DNA of 64,000 nt from SAR202 cluster bacterium (GCA_013204585.1 JABMNL010000003.1:6992-70991); one strand, 5' to 3'. Counted from the stretch's first letter, positions 50,807-60,445 are shown. The notes: generated by a model not told the origin, from the letters alone. A program made the numbers and translations.

Positions 50807-52009
50807 TTGCCCAGGCCCAGACAACCCCTTTCCGACCCTTTGGACGCCTTCTGCAAAGACACCGATGCCTACATATCAGGCCGGGTTGGCGGGGCCCTTT
50901 CCAGCCTGACTTTCGCCGCCAAGGATATTTTCGATGTTGCGGGGTACGTGACCGGAGGCGGTAACCCGGATTGGAAGGCGACTCATCAGCCTGCCGAGCG
51001 TAATGCCTGGGTAGTGCAGACATTGGTTAACGCCGGGGCGACGATGGCTGGCAAGACCGTCACCGACGAGTTGACCAGGGGCATTTTGGGAGAGAACGCC
51101 CACTACGGCACCCCCATTAACTCAAAGGCACCGGGCCGGGTTCCGGGTGGGTCGTCCAGCGGGTCAGCAGCTGCGGTAGCTGGCGGCCTGGTGAACTTCG
51201 CCTTGGGTTCCGACACCGGAGGCTCCGTGCGCATTCCCGCCAGTTTCTGCGGACTCTATGGCCTTCGCCCCACCCACGGGCGAATCCCCCTCGACGGCAT
51301 TTTGATGCAAGCGCCCAGCTACGACACCATTGGCTGGTTCGCAACCGACGCCGAGACCTACGCACGGGTTGGCGAGGTCATATTCCAGAAGCCGATTCCT
51401 TATTCGACCCCCAAGAGACTAATCATCGCCCAAGATGCCTTTGAAGAGGCAGACGACCAAGTGTCGGAAACGCTTTTGCCCCTGGCAGAAAAGATTGCCG
51501 CCATCGTCGGCAACTCGACCACCGAGCGATTGTCGCCCAACGGACTGGCCGAATGGGCACCCCAGCAGAACGCGCTCCAGTCCAAAGAAGCGTGGGACTC
51601 GGTGAAGGACTGGATTGATTGGGTAAACCCCAGGTTCAGCTTTTGGGTTAGCGAGCGTTACAACTTTGCCCACAGTTTGACCGATACGCAGTTGGCCGAG
51701 GCAGCTGTTACCCGCGACCAAATTAAGACGAGAATGGACGATGTATTCGCCAGCGGCGGGTTCGTCTGTCTGCCCACATCGCCCTGTCCGGCGCCATTAC
51801 GGGGCCAACCGACTTCGGCAAAGCGGGAGGTCTTTTCTCGGATTCTCCGGCTAACCTGTATCGCAGGCACCACAGGTCGTCCCCAATTGACCCTTCCGCT
51901 CGGTGAAGTAAACGGACTTCCGGTGGGAATATCCATCATGGGAGACCACGGTTCCGACGAGGAACTTATCGGTTTTGCCCGAACAATCGAGGCTGAGCTG
52001 GCAGGCTAA
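50807..52009 (+). CDS. amidase-signature family amidase
   Basis: Contains the GGSSSGSAAAVAGG signature and the conserved Ser-cisSer-Lys context. The start is uncertain: I favour TTG 50807, 6 nt after GGAGGT, and track ORF 50711 is probably an extension. Confidence 0.82.
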   Translation: MPRPRQPLSDPLDAFCKDTDAYISGRVGGALSSLTFAAKDIFDVAGYVTGGGNPDWKATHQPAERNAWVVQTLVNAGATMAGKTVTDELTRGILGENAHYGTPINSKAPGRVPGGSSSGSAAAVAGGLVNFALGSDTGGSVRIPASFCGLYGLRPTHGRIPLDGILMQAPSYDTIGWFATDAETYARVGEVIFQKPIPYSTPKRLIIAQDAFEEADDQVSETLLPLAEKIAAIVGNSTTERLSPNGLAEWAPQQNALQSKEAWDSVKDWIDWVNPRFSFWVSERYNFAHSLTDTQLAEAAVTRDQIKTRMDDVFASGGFVCLPTSPCPAPLRGQPTSAKREVFSRILRLTCIAGTTGRPQLTLPLGEVNGLPVGISIMGDHGSDEELIGFARTIEAELAG

Positions 52010-52082
52010 TACTTGGCAAAGTCCCGAGTCCTGGCATAATATCCGGCGATATTTAACCTAGTGGAACGCGAGGAGAATTTTC

Positions 52083-53168
52083 ATGGCACATCAGGTGAAC
52101 GGAGTAATCGCTGCAGCCAAGGGCGCACCGGTGAAATTGGTTCCCATCTTGGTGCCCGATCCGGGTCCCGGCGAAGCGCTAATCCGGGTTAAGGCCTGCG
52201 GGGTGTGCCATACCGACCTCCATTACCGCGAAGGCGCCATCAACAACGACTTCCCGTTCCTGCTGGGACACGAAGCCTCGGGCACGGTGGAATCGGTGGG
52301 CGCAGGCGTGACCAACGTGGCCCCCGGCGACTTTGTCATCATCGCCTGGCGTGCCCCCTGCGGCACCTGCCGTTCCTGCCAGCGGGGTGCTCCCTGGTAT
52401 TGCTTCTCCAGTCGGAACGCCTCCCAACCCATGACGCTAACCGACGGCACGCCCCTCTCGGCAGCGCTGGGAATCGGCGCTTTTGCCGAACTGACTTTGG
52501 TAGACGCTGGGCAGGCCGTTAAGGTCTCGCCCCAGGCCAGTCCCGAAGTTGCGGGCCTAGTCGGCTGCGGAATCATGGCCGGTTTGGGCGCAGCCATGAA
52601 CACGGGCAACGTTGGCCGTGGCGACTCGGTGGCGGTGTTCGGCTGCGGCGGGGTCGGCGATGCGGCCATCGCCGGGTCCCGGTTGGCCGGTGCCCACACC
52701 ATCATCGCCGTGGACATTGACGACCGAAAGTTAGCCTGGGCCAAGGATTTCGGCGCGACCCACACGATTAACGCCTCGACCACCGACCCAGTGGAGGAGA
52801 TACGCAAACTGACCGGAGGCAACGGAGTCAACGTCGCCATCGAAGCCGTTGGCAACCCGAAAACCTACGAGCAGGCCTTCTACGCCAGAGACCACGCGGG
52901 CACGTTGGTGCTGGTGGGCGTTCCGAGTCCCGACATGAAGATTGAACTGCCCCTGATTGATGTCTTTGGTCGGGGCGGCAGCCTGAAATCGTCCTGGTAC
53001 GGCGACTGCCTCCCTTCCCGCGATTTCCCCATGCTCATCGATCTATATCTACAAGGACGCCTAGACCTGCAAAGGTTCGTCTCAGAGACCATCGGCATTG
53101 GCGACGTTGAAGAAGCCTTCCACAAGATGGAACGGGGCGAGGTTCTCCGGTCAGTGGTGGTCTTTTAG
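52083..53168 (+). CDS. zinc-dependent class-III-type alcohol dehydrogenase (S-(hydroxymethyl)mycothiol/glutathione dehydrogenase-like)
   Basis: 361 aa with [23 protein letters not shown], the structural zinc Cys cluster [11 protein letters not shown], and GCGGVG. Confidence 0.88.
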   Translation: MAHQVNGVIAAAKGAPVKLVPILVPDPGPGEALIRVKACGVCHTDLHYREGAINNDFPFLLGHEASGTVESVGAGVTNVAPGDFVIIAWRAPCGTCRSCQRGAPWYCFSSRNASQPMTLTDGTPLSAALGIGAFAELTLVDAGQAVKVSPQASPEVAGLVGCGIMAGLGAAMNTGNVGRGDSVAVFGCGGVGDAAIAGSRLAGAHTIIAVDIDDRKLAWAKDFGATHTINASTTDPVEEIRKLTGGNGVNVAIEAVGNPKTYEQAFYARDHAGTLVLVGVPSPDMKIELPLIDVFGRGGSLKSSWYGDCLPSRDFPMLIDLYLQGRLDLQRFVSETIGIGDVEEAFHKMERGEVLRSVVVF

Positions 53169-53174
53169 AGGGCT

Positions 53175-53471
53175 CTAGAACAGCGCCTTCACCCAGGCAA
53201 CGCCGCTGCCCATTCTTACGGTAGTTCGAGTACCGAATTGCCGGGTGCGCTGCTTGAGCAAGGCTAGGTGGTCTGACGCCTGTTCCCAGGGGGCTTGGGT
53301 TTTCCATTCAGCTGGTTCGTTCAGCACCGTCACGAAACCGCCCAAGCGGAACCAGAACAGCATGAACCGGTAGGCTGGCAACACGGCCACCATGTAACAC
53401 AGGTACATCAGTAGCGTTGCGGAAACCACCAAGGGCAACGCGTATCCGAACAGCCACATCATGGGCAGCAC
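53175..53471 (-). CDS. hypothetical small membrane protein; start uncertain
   Basis: Two predicted TM helices. The frame stays open about 35 codons upstream of GTG 53471 without a canonical start codon. No motif recognised. Confidence 0.3.
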   Translation of the reverse strand: MLPMMWLFGYALPLVVSATLLMYLCYMVAVLPAYRFMLFWFRLGGFVTVLNEPAEWKTQAPWEQASDHLALLKQRTRQFGTRTTVRMGSGVAWVKALF

Positions 53472-53803
53472 AAAGGTCCAAACGACCCTGGGGAAGGCGA
53501 GGGTGTGGTCGATGAGGAAACGAGATGGAATTTGTGAGAGTCCGGCCAGATATGAACCTGAATATTCTGTAAGAATTTATAGAGTTACCTAATCCTCACA
53601 CTTTGGTCTGACCGGACCAGTTAAGAATCGCCATTGCCAGGGCCTAAGTCTGGTATACAAAAATGTTTGAATCGGCGGGGTTTGTGCCTGTCTGCGAGAT
53701 GATTTGTACAGTACCGGCTATTAGAAAGACGATTCACGCCTACGCAAGGCATAAATCCCCTTGACGATTCCGTATGAAACTGCGCGGAACGAGCCTATTG
53801 GTA

Positions 53804-53819
53804 CTGTAAATCTTTACAG
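53804..53819. promoter_or_regulatory. perfect palindrome CTGTAAAtcTTTACAG (CTGT-N8-ACAG) about 145 nt upstream of the response-regulator gene
   Basis: Read directly from the sequence. Related half-sites tgtacagtac (about 53711..53720) and gcactgtat (about 53862..53870) lie in the same intergenic region. Confidence 0.3.
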
Positions 53820-53962
53820 GGCATATTAATCGATACCTAACCAATTCGTTAAAGTTTACTTGCACTGTATCAATGGATTCAATTTTTAGGCATACCCCTT
53901 GTGCTACCCAATCACTGATTTGATATAATTTCCTCCGGCCCTCAGAACTACCACGTAACTAA

Positions 53963-54667
53963 ATGAACGATAACAAAACTAAAATTCTGGTCATTGACGA
54001 CGAGACGAATATACGCCGGGTGCTGACCACCCACCTGCAACGCGCCGGTTACCAAACAGTGGAAGCAGCCGATGGATTAGAAGGGTTACGCCATTTCTAC
54101 AGCGACCAGCCCGACTTGGTTATCTTGGACGTGGCAATGCCCAGCATGGACGGCTGGCAGGTACTGAACCGTCTGCGTGAAGTCTCGACAGTTCCGGTGC
54201 TGATGCTCACCGCAGCAGGGCAAGACCAGGACAAGATCCGGGGACTGGACGGCGGGGCCGACGATTACATCACCAAGCCTTGCTCAGGCGAAGAGTTCTT
54301 GGCCCGGGTCAAGGCAGTGCTAAGGCGAACGTTTCTTAACCTGCAAGTACCGGCGGGGGATGTCTATCGAGACTCGGAAGTTGTCCTAGACCACCCACAC
54401 CACTCAGTGACCGTCCGCGGTAATCAGGTCGAACTTAGCCCCACCGAGTTCAGGCTACTTGGGGTTCTCACTGACAATGCCGGGGTAGTCCTCAGTCAGG
54501 ATCAGTTGCTGGACCAAGCCTGGGACCAGAGTTACGGAGAGACCGGCTACGTCGTCCGGTTGTACATCGGCCATCTGCGCAAAAAGATTGAGGTCGACCC
54601 CAGTTCGCCCAAGTTAATTCAAACCGTGCGCGGCTTCGGCTACCGCTACCAAAAGCCCGAGGCTTAG
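53963..54667 (+). CDS. OmpR/PhoB-family response regulator (receiver + winged helix); no adjacent histidine kinase
   Basis: 234 aa with ILVIDDE, the phospho-acceptor context LVILDVAMP, and C-terminal VELSPTEFRLL...VRGFGYRY. Confidence 0.9.
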   Translation: MNDNKTKILVIDDETNIRRVLTTHLQRAGYQTVEAADGLEGLRHFYSDQPDLVILDVAMPSMDGWQVLNRLREVSTVPVLMLTAAGQDQDKIRGLDGGADDYITKPCSGEEFLARVKAVLRRTFLNLQVPAGDVYRDSEVVLDHPHHSVTVRGNQVELSPTEFRLLGVLTDNAGVVLSQDQLLDQAWDQSYGETGYVVRLYIGHLRKKIEVDPSSPKLIQTVRGFGYRYQKPEA

Positions 54668-54708
54668 GCCTAAATCCCAATTAACCACAGATTCTAGAAC
54701 TAACGAAG

Positions 54709-54742
54709 GGCCTCTTTTAACATTAGAGGCCATTTATTTTTT
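54709..54742 (+). terminator. rho-independent terminator
   Basis: The stem ggcctct / agaggcc is followed by atttatttttt. Confidence 0.65.
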
Positions 54743-54813
54743 GGGCGTGTCGATTTTGGCTTTCGCCGTTCGTCGTATATTTGTAGGAACAAAAACTAAA
54801 CTAGGAGAAAATT

Positions 54814-55170
54814 ATGAAATACCTACTCTTAATCTACGACAACGAACAAGCCAACATAAACAAGTCGCCTGAGGACATGTCCAACACAATGGCCGAATGG
54901 AACGCCTATATGGACGACCTGCAAAAAACCGGGAAAATCTTGGCAGGCGAAGCCCTACAACCAACCATGACCGCCACGACCGTTAGGGCTGGCAACCCCG
55001 CCCCTCTGGCCACAGACGGCCCGTTTGCCGAGACTAAAGAGCAACTTGGCGGGTTCTTTATGCTTGAAGCCACCGATCTGGATGACGCTATTGCGTGGTC
55101 TGGCAAGATGCCCCACATCGCCCATGGCGGCACGGTGGAGATTCGTCCTATCATGGAGTTTGACCAGTAG
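54814..55170 (+). CDS. YciI-family (YCII/DGPF domain) protein
   Basis: 118 aa with MKYLLLIYDNE...DGPFAETKEQLGGFFMLEA, the typical family pattern. AGGAGAA Shine-Dalgarno. Confidence 0.85.
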   Translation: MKYLLLIYDNEQANINKSPEDMSNTMAEWNAYMDDLQKTGKILAGEALQPTMTATTVRAGNPAPLATDGPFAETKEQLGGFFMLEATDLDDAIAWSGKMPHIAHGGTVEIRPIMEFDQ

Positions 55171-55258
55171 GACTGATTGCTGGTTAATACCAGGCTGGCG
55201 CTTCCAACTCGGACAATTTGTAAATGGAGGCGTCAGCCTCTGGGAGCCTGACTTAGCG

Positions 55259-56503
55259 TTGCTCGACACACATCAAGCAATAGAGAACGTGTTCCGCAAT
55301 GAGTACGGAAAGGTCTCGGCGTCGCTAATACGCATATTGAGGAACTTTGACGCCGCAGAAGAAGCCATACAGGAGGCCTTTGCGACGGCATTGCTCCGGT
55401 GGCCTACGGACGGCGTTCCTGACAACCCTGCCGCATGGATTACCACCACTGCCCGTCGTAAGGCAATTGACACTGTTCGCCACGACCAAGTGAGAGACCA
55501 AAAGTATCTCCTAATCGGCGGTTCTCAGTTAGAAGAAGACGAATTCGATATGCTGGACGATATTGACGAATCACTCTTACACGACGACCGCTTGCGGCTG
55601 GTCTTCACCTGCTGTCACCCTGCGCTAAACCTTGATGCGAGAGTGGCGTTAACCCTGCGTACGCTGGGCGGCCTGTCCACCACCGAGATTAGCCAAGCCT
55701 TCCTGGTTCCAGAAGCCACCATGGCGCAAAGGCTAGTGAGGGCAAAACGAAAGATTAAGGACGCCGGAATTCCCTATAGTGTGCCTGCAGACAACATTCT
55801 TCCCGACCGGCTCGAAGGCGTCCTGGTCGTTATTTATCTAATATTCAATGAGGGATATTCAGCCAGCAGTGGCAACGGTCTGACCCGTAATGATCTTTCC
55901 TCGGAGGCCGTCCGGCTGGGGCAAGCGCTAACTGAATTGATGCCTGACGACCCCGAAGTTTTGGGCCTTTTGGCGTTGATGTTGCTTCAAGACTCCCGAC
56001 GAGACTCCCGGCAATCGCCTGAGGGGCTACCTGTCCTTCTTGAGGAGCAAGACCGTTCGAAATGGGACGGCAATCAGATACGGGAAGGAGTTTCGTTAAT
56101 TGAGCGAGCTCTCCAGATGGGCAGACCCGGTCAGTATCAAGTGCAGGCAGCCATCGCGGCCATTCACTCCCAGGCAAAGTCTCCGGAAAATACAGACTGG
56201 CCGCAGATTGCTGCCCTATATGGGACCCTAAGCCAGATTCAACCCTCTCCAGTGGTCGAACTCAACCGAGCAGTTGCGTTGGCTATGGCCCACTCCCCAG
56301 AACTTGGACTCCAAACCATGGATCAGCCCGAAGTGTCGGAACCGCTGCAGCAATATCGTTGGTATCATTCAGCCCGTGCCGACCTGTTACGGCGTTTGGA
56401 AAGAAACGACGAAGCGAGCGCCGCTTACCGAAGAGCGCTGGAACTGACGACAAACGTCTCTGAGACCAAGTTCCTAGAAGGCCGATTGGCTGAAGTCAGT
56501 TAA
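55259..56503 (+). CDS. ECF-type sigma-70 factor with a long C-terminal helical (TPR-like) extension; start approximate
   Basis: Sigma region 2 (EEAIQEAFATALLRWP...NPAAWITTTARRKAIDTVR) and region 4 (LRTLGGLSTTEISQAFLVPEATMAQRLVRAKRKI) are followed by a ~200-aa extension. The track ORF from 55025 overlaps yciI-like and is rejected as an extension. Confidence 0.8.
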   Translation: MLDTHQAIENVFRNEYGKVSASLIRILRNFDAAEEAIQEAFATALLRWPTDGVPDNPAAWITTTARRKAIDTVRHDQVRDQKYLLIGGSQLEEDEFDMLDDIDESLLHDDRLRLVFTCCHPALNLDARVALTLRTLGGLSTTEISQAFLVPEATMAQRLVRAKRKIKDAGIPYSVPADNILPDRLEGVLVVIYLIFNEGYSASSGNGLTRNDLSSEAVRLGQALTELMPDDPEVLGLLALMLLQDSRRDSRQSPEGLPVLLEEQDRSKWDGNQIREGVSLIERALQMGRPGQYQVQAAIAAIHSQAKSPENTDWPQIAALYGTLSQIQPSPVVELNRAVALAMAHSPELGLQTMDQPEVSEPLQQYRWYHSARADLLRRLERNDEASAAYRRALELTTNVSETKFLEGRLAEVS

Positions 56504-56546
56504 ATCCTCTGGTACGATATGGAATCATCTACCCGAGGTAATCAAT

Positions 56547-56876
56547 ATGCCCTACGATGAACAACTGGCGGAGCGGGTTCGCGCGGTATTCCAGTCTGAG
56601 CCCACCTACACCGAGAAGAAGATGTTCGGCGGCATCTGTTTTATGGTCGGCGGAAATATGGCGGTGGGCGTTACCGGCAGCGATTTGATGGTACGGCCCG
56701 GCCCGCTCAACTTTGAGGCTGCCCTCGACTTGCCCCACGCCCGGCCCATGGACTTCACCGGACGCCCCATGAAAGGCTTCGTGTACGTTGAATCAGATGG
56801 TCTGGCAACTGACCTGGAATTGACGGTATGGGTTGAACGCGGTGCCGCATTTGCGCGATCGCTGCCCGTTAAATAG
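56547..56876 (+). CDS. TfoX N-terminal-domain family protein
   Basis: 109 aa with EKKMFGGICFMVGGNMAVGV typical of TfoX_N. GAGGT Shine-Dalgarno. Confidence 0.78.
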   Translation: MPYDEQLAERVRAVFQSEPTYTEKKMFGGICFMVGGNMAVGVTGSDLMVRPGPLNFEAALDLPHARPMDFTGRPMKGFVYVESDGLATDLELTVWVERGAAFARSLPVK

Positions 56877-57028
56877 AAGGCCATTTCCCCAACACAACTG
56901 CGTTTGTTCGCCCGCGAACCCTGTCTAATGCCCCCTTGGATGAACCGGCAGCTACACCGTAGCCGGGTGCTATACTAGCCGCAACTTTCTGGCGGGATTC
57001 AGGTTCGCCACCCTTAAGTGAGGTTGAC

Positions 57029-57871
57029 ATGGATTACGGCGCGATGATGTTTTCGACGGACTATTCCATCCGGCCCGACGACCTGGCCAAGATGTTGGAG
57101 GACCGTGGGTTTGAGTCCATGTGGGTGCCCGAACATACCCACATCCCGGCCAGCCGTGTCAGTCCCTGGCCCGGCGGCCCTGAATTGCCCAAGGAATATT
57201 GGCACACCTATGACCCATTCGTAGCATTGACCGCTGCCGCCGGAGCAACCAAAAACCTCAAGCTAGGCACCGGCATCTGCCTCATGATTGAGCGTGACCC
57301 CATCACCACTGCCAAAGAGATTGCCAGCTTGGACATGCTCTCTAACGGCCGGTTTATATTTGGCATCGGCGGCGGCTGGAACGCCGAGGAAATGGGCAAC
57401 CACGGCACCGACTACAAACGCCGTTGGCGGATTCTCCGCGAGAACATCTTGGCCATGAAAGAGATCTGGACCAAAGAAGAAGCCGAGTTCCATGGTGAGC
57501 ATGTGAACTTCGACAAGATGTGGGCCTACCCCAAACCTGTGCAGCGGCCTCATCCGCCAATCCTCATGGGCGGCGACGGCCCCACAACCTTTGACCGGGT
57601 GGTGGAGTATTGCGACGGGTGGATGCCGATCGGCGGCCGCGGGGGAGGATCGAGCCTGGCTGAGAAAATTGTTCTACTCAAGCGACAGGCCGAGGAAGCA
57701 GGCAGAGACCCCGATTCCCTGAACATCACTAGCTTTGGTGTCCGCCCCGACCCAGAACTCGTCGGTCGGTTGCAGGAGGCCGGAGTAGACCGAATAATCT
57801 TCACCTTGCCGTCGGAAGAGAGAGCGGCGGTTACCCCCATTATCGACGAGTGCGCCAAGCTCATCGCATAA
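57029..57871 (+). CDS. LLM-class, probably F420-dependent, oxidoreductase
   Basis: 280 aa with GFESMWVPEHTHIP, LSNGRFIFGIGGGW and PPILMGG, like the Rv2161c-type LLM subfamily. Confidence 0.85.
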   Translation: MDYGAMMFSTDYSIRPDDLAKMLEDRGFESMWVPEHTHIPASRVSPWPGGPELPKEYWHTYDPFVALTAAAGATKNLKLGTGICLMIERDPITTAKEIASLDMLSNGRFIFGIGGGWNAEEMGNHGTDYKRRWRILRENILAMKEIWTKEEAEFHGEHVNFDKMWAYPKPVQRPHPPILMGGDGPTTFDRVVEYCDGWMPIGGRGGGSSLAEKIVLLKRQAEEAGRDPDSLNITSFGVRPDPELVGRLQEAGVDRIIFTLPSEERAAVTPIIDECAKLIA

Positions 57872-58205
57872 TCTTCTAGCCAACACCGCACTGCCAATGA
57901 GAGACCCGTTTGCCGAACTTGATTTACGGCGGACGGGTCTTCGTCTGTTCGGTACCAACCCCGCTAATCTATCTGGACTGTAAGTTGGGCCTTTCGGCCC
58001 ACGCAACACGGCCCTATCAAACCTTGAGCTACGTCCCATCTCGGCATAGCCTTGTATTTGGGCTTCCGAGTACCCTGAAATTGCCGGTGCACTGAGCTCT
58101 TCAAGGAAAGAAATGGCGACCTGATTAGCAACTAGAAGACAGCCTAAACAAGCAAAATCCCAAGCACGGCCACCCTCGCCGTTAAATACGCCCTCCCATC
58201 AAATG

Positions 58206-58243
58206 GCGCCCCCAGTCATCCCTGACTGGGGGCGCTTCCTTTT
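58206..58243. terminator. 13-bp perfect hairpin (gcgcccccagtca tccc tgactgggggcgc) downstream of the MFS gene
   Basis: The T-rich tract (ttcctttt) is on the plus strand, yet the nearest gene end is the minus-strand MFS stop at 58265, so the orientation and role are ambiguous. Confidence 0.5.
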
Positions 58244-58264
58244 GTCAGAGTATCAACTCTGGTC

Positions 58265-59494
58265 TCAGGCGTTAACTCGATGCGAGAGTGGCAGTAGGGC
58301 GAACACCACAGCAGCCAAGGCGAACAAGCCAGCGATGTAATACAACGCGGCGTCAAACCCGACTGTCTCGTAGATTGCCCCGGCTATCAAAGAAGAAGTC
58401 GCGGCCATCAGGAAGCTGGAGAAGGCCACCACTCCCAGGCCGGTTGTCGCCACCTCACGGCCCACAACATCGAACAGTGCGGCAGTGAGTATTGGCTGGT
58501 CCGGGTACAAAAACAGGCCCAGCAAACCGATGGTGATGGTCAGCATGATGCCGTCGTCGAACACGATTATTAGCAGCGCGAAGATAGCCGACCAAATTAG
58601 TCCCGGCACCAAGACCTGCTTCCGCCCCAGCTTGTCGGACACAAAACCCGCCAACGGTTTGGCCAGCAGACCGACGGCAATCAGCATGCCAATGTGGAAC
58701 CCCCGGTTGAAAACCCCGAGCTCTAGGTCGTTGCCCAGGTACAGAGGCAAAATGGTTACCAAGGCCACCAACGCCATGCTACGCAGGCCGCGCACCACGG
58801 TTATCCCCCAGAGTAGGTGGCTTCTGAGCAGTGTCTTGGTCATTGCCACACGCTGGGAAAGATCAAGGCCCTTGGGGTCTCCTTCTTTAACGTCGCCGAT
58901 GTTCTTGAAGGCCCAGACCGCCATGAACCCCATGAAGAAGGGCGCAATGGCGTAGATGCTTAGGATGCCGCGCCAGCCCAGCACCAATAACAGGGCCCCG
59001 GTAATTAATGGCCCGGCAACGTCGCCAACACTGCCGCCAACACCGTGGAATGCCAGCATAGTGCCCCGACGGCTGGCGAAATGATGGGACAAGGAAGCCG
59101 ACGCTGGCAGGTGCCACAGCGAATGGGAAATTGCCACCACCGCCACTCCGACCAGCAGCAGGGGATAAGCTGGCGAGATGCCCATCAACAACGACCCCAG
59201 GCCTGACGCGGCGACGCAGACGGCCAACAGCCATCCCCACCGCTTCCGTACCAACTCGACTACCACGCCGCCGGGCAGAGTGACAAGTCCCGAAGCCAGT
59301 TCCCGCATGGTCAGGATTCCGCCAACACCCACGCCGTTAAGGCCAAATGTTTGTTGAATCTCGGGTAGTACCACCACAAAGCTCTGGAGTATCCAATGGA
59401 AGGCCACGTGGCCGGTGGCCAACGCCGTGACCATCACCCGCGCGGTTAGACGCAGGTCTTGCGGCATATCAGAGGTTGTGTCAGCCGTAGCCAT
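58265..59494 (-). CDS. MFS transporter
   Basis: 409 aa, 12 predicted TM helices, with the MFS loop motif (GFVSDKLGRKQ). Confidence 0.85.
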   Translation of the reverse strand: MATADTTSDMPQDLRLTARVMVTALATGHVAFHWILQSFVVVLPEIQQTFGLNGVGVGGILTMRELASGLVTLPGGVVVELVRKRWGWLLAVCVAASGLGSLLMGISPAYPLLLVGVAVVAISHSLWHLPASASLSHHFASRRGTMLAFHGVGGSVGDVAGPLITGALLLVLGWRGILSIYAIAPFFMGFMAVWAFKNIGDVKEGDPKGLDLSQRVAMTKTLLRSHLLWGITVVRGLRSMALVALVTILPLYLGNDLELGVFNRGFHIGMLIAVGLLAKPLAGFVSDKLGRKQVLVPGLIWSAIFALLIIVFDDGIMLTITIGLLGLFLYPDQPILTAALFDVVGREVATTGLGVVAFSSFLMAATSSLIAGAIYETVGFDAALYYIAGLFALAAVVFALLPLSHRVNA

Positions 59495-59585
59495 GGTTGG
59501 CCCTCACGCTATGTTGAGTGAGACAAAAGAACCCCGACACTAGAACCGGGGTTCTTCGAATTCCACCAGGATGAGCTTTATTCGT

Positions 59586-60038
59586 TTAGTCTTCCGGGGG
59601 TAAAAAAGCGTTGGGAACGATGGCGGTTCCTTGACCCACTCCAGTGGTGTCACCTCGCTGGTTTTTCGCCTCAATATCCACCGAGACACGGGCACCGTTG
59701 GCCTCTTTGGTTGAGCCAGATACCTTGCCGGTGAAGGTAATGGTGTCACCGGGGCGAACTGGCCTCAAAAACCGCAGGTCAACTGTGCCGGTGTGGTTAA
59801 ACACGTCGGCGCCAAAGTGTCGGCGCATCATCTCGATGGCGAAGGTGAGGGACATGCGGCCCGAGGCCACGGTGCCTTCGGTGCCCAGTACCTCTTTGGC
59901 GGCATGCTCGTCGGTGAACTGAGAAGGGCCGGTATTGCCCGCGCTGCCCTCAAAGAGATTTATTGCCTCTTGGGTTAACTCTTTAACCAGGGTCGTTATT
60001 TCGTCGCCCTCTTCATAGCTTCTAATTACCCGCCCCAT
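59586..60038 (-). CDS. MaoC-like (R)-hydratase hotdog subunit (HadB-like, catalytic)
   Basis: 150 aa with a hotdog fold pattern and a conserved DxxxxH-like context (FTDEHAAKEVLG..). Its ATG overlaps the upstream gene by 13 nt. GGAGGT Shine-Dalgarno. Confidence 0.8.
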   Translation of the reverse strand: MGRVIRSYEEGDEITTLVKELTQEAINLFEGSAGNTGPSQFTDEHAAKEVLGTEGTVASGRMSLTFAIEMMRRHFGADVFNHTGTVDLRFLRPVRPGDTITFTGKVSGSTKEANGARVSVDIEAKNQRGDTTGVGQGTAIVPNAFLPPED

Positions 60039-60445
60039 TTTTTGCCTACCTCCGATGGCTGCTTCAGTTCGTGGGTTATCACCCGGTCGATGAGCCTGCC
60101 ATCTTCGTCCACCGAGACTGCCTCGGTGACAATATAGTTTTTGCCTCTCCTGAGATATTTGTCGGCAATCCAGGCGGTCACGGTCAACCGCTTCCCCGCC
60201 ACCGGGGAGTTATAACAGTGGAAGGCACACCGGGCGTTCACCGACCCATCGTCGGTGTACTTGGCATTGTATTGGCGCACGTCCACCTTGTGGGCGATGG
60301 TCGGGAAGCCAGCTTCCGGGTCCATCACTCCCTTTCGGTAGGTGTCTATCATCTCTTGGGTCAGCACATATTCGAATTTCTCGAACGTCTCGCCAACTTC
60401 CAGAGCGTCCCAGTCCAGTTGGGTCCGGTTATCAACCTCGGCCAT
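60026..60445 (-). CDS. MaoC N-terminal-type hotdog subunit (HadA/HadC-like, non-catalytic partner)
   Basis: 139 aa hotdog-fold protein, translationally coupled to the downstream MaoC gene. Confidence 0.75.
   Translation of the reverse strand: MAEVDNRTQLDWDALEVGETFEKFEYVLTQEMIDTYRKGVMDPEAGFPTIAHKVDVRQYNAKYTDDGSVNARCAFHCYNSPVAGKRLTVTAWIADKYLRRGKNYIVTEAVSVDEDGRLIDRVITHELKQPSEVGKKWGG

Noticed and set aside
57872-58264. 393-bp gene-free region, with track ORF 57910..58095 and several hairpins, considered as an sRNA or small-protein locus
   Set aside because: The 61-aa ORF has no Shine-Dalgarno and an implausible composition. The hairpins (57908..57950 and 58206..58243) are adequately explained as terminators of the flanking convergent genes. 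I have no positive evidence for an RNA gene, though RNA-seq could revise this.
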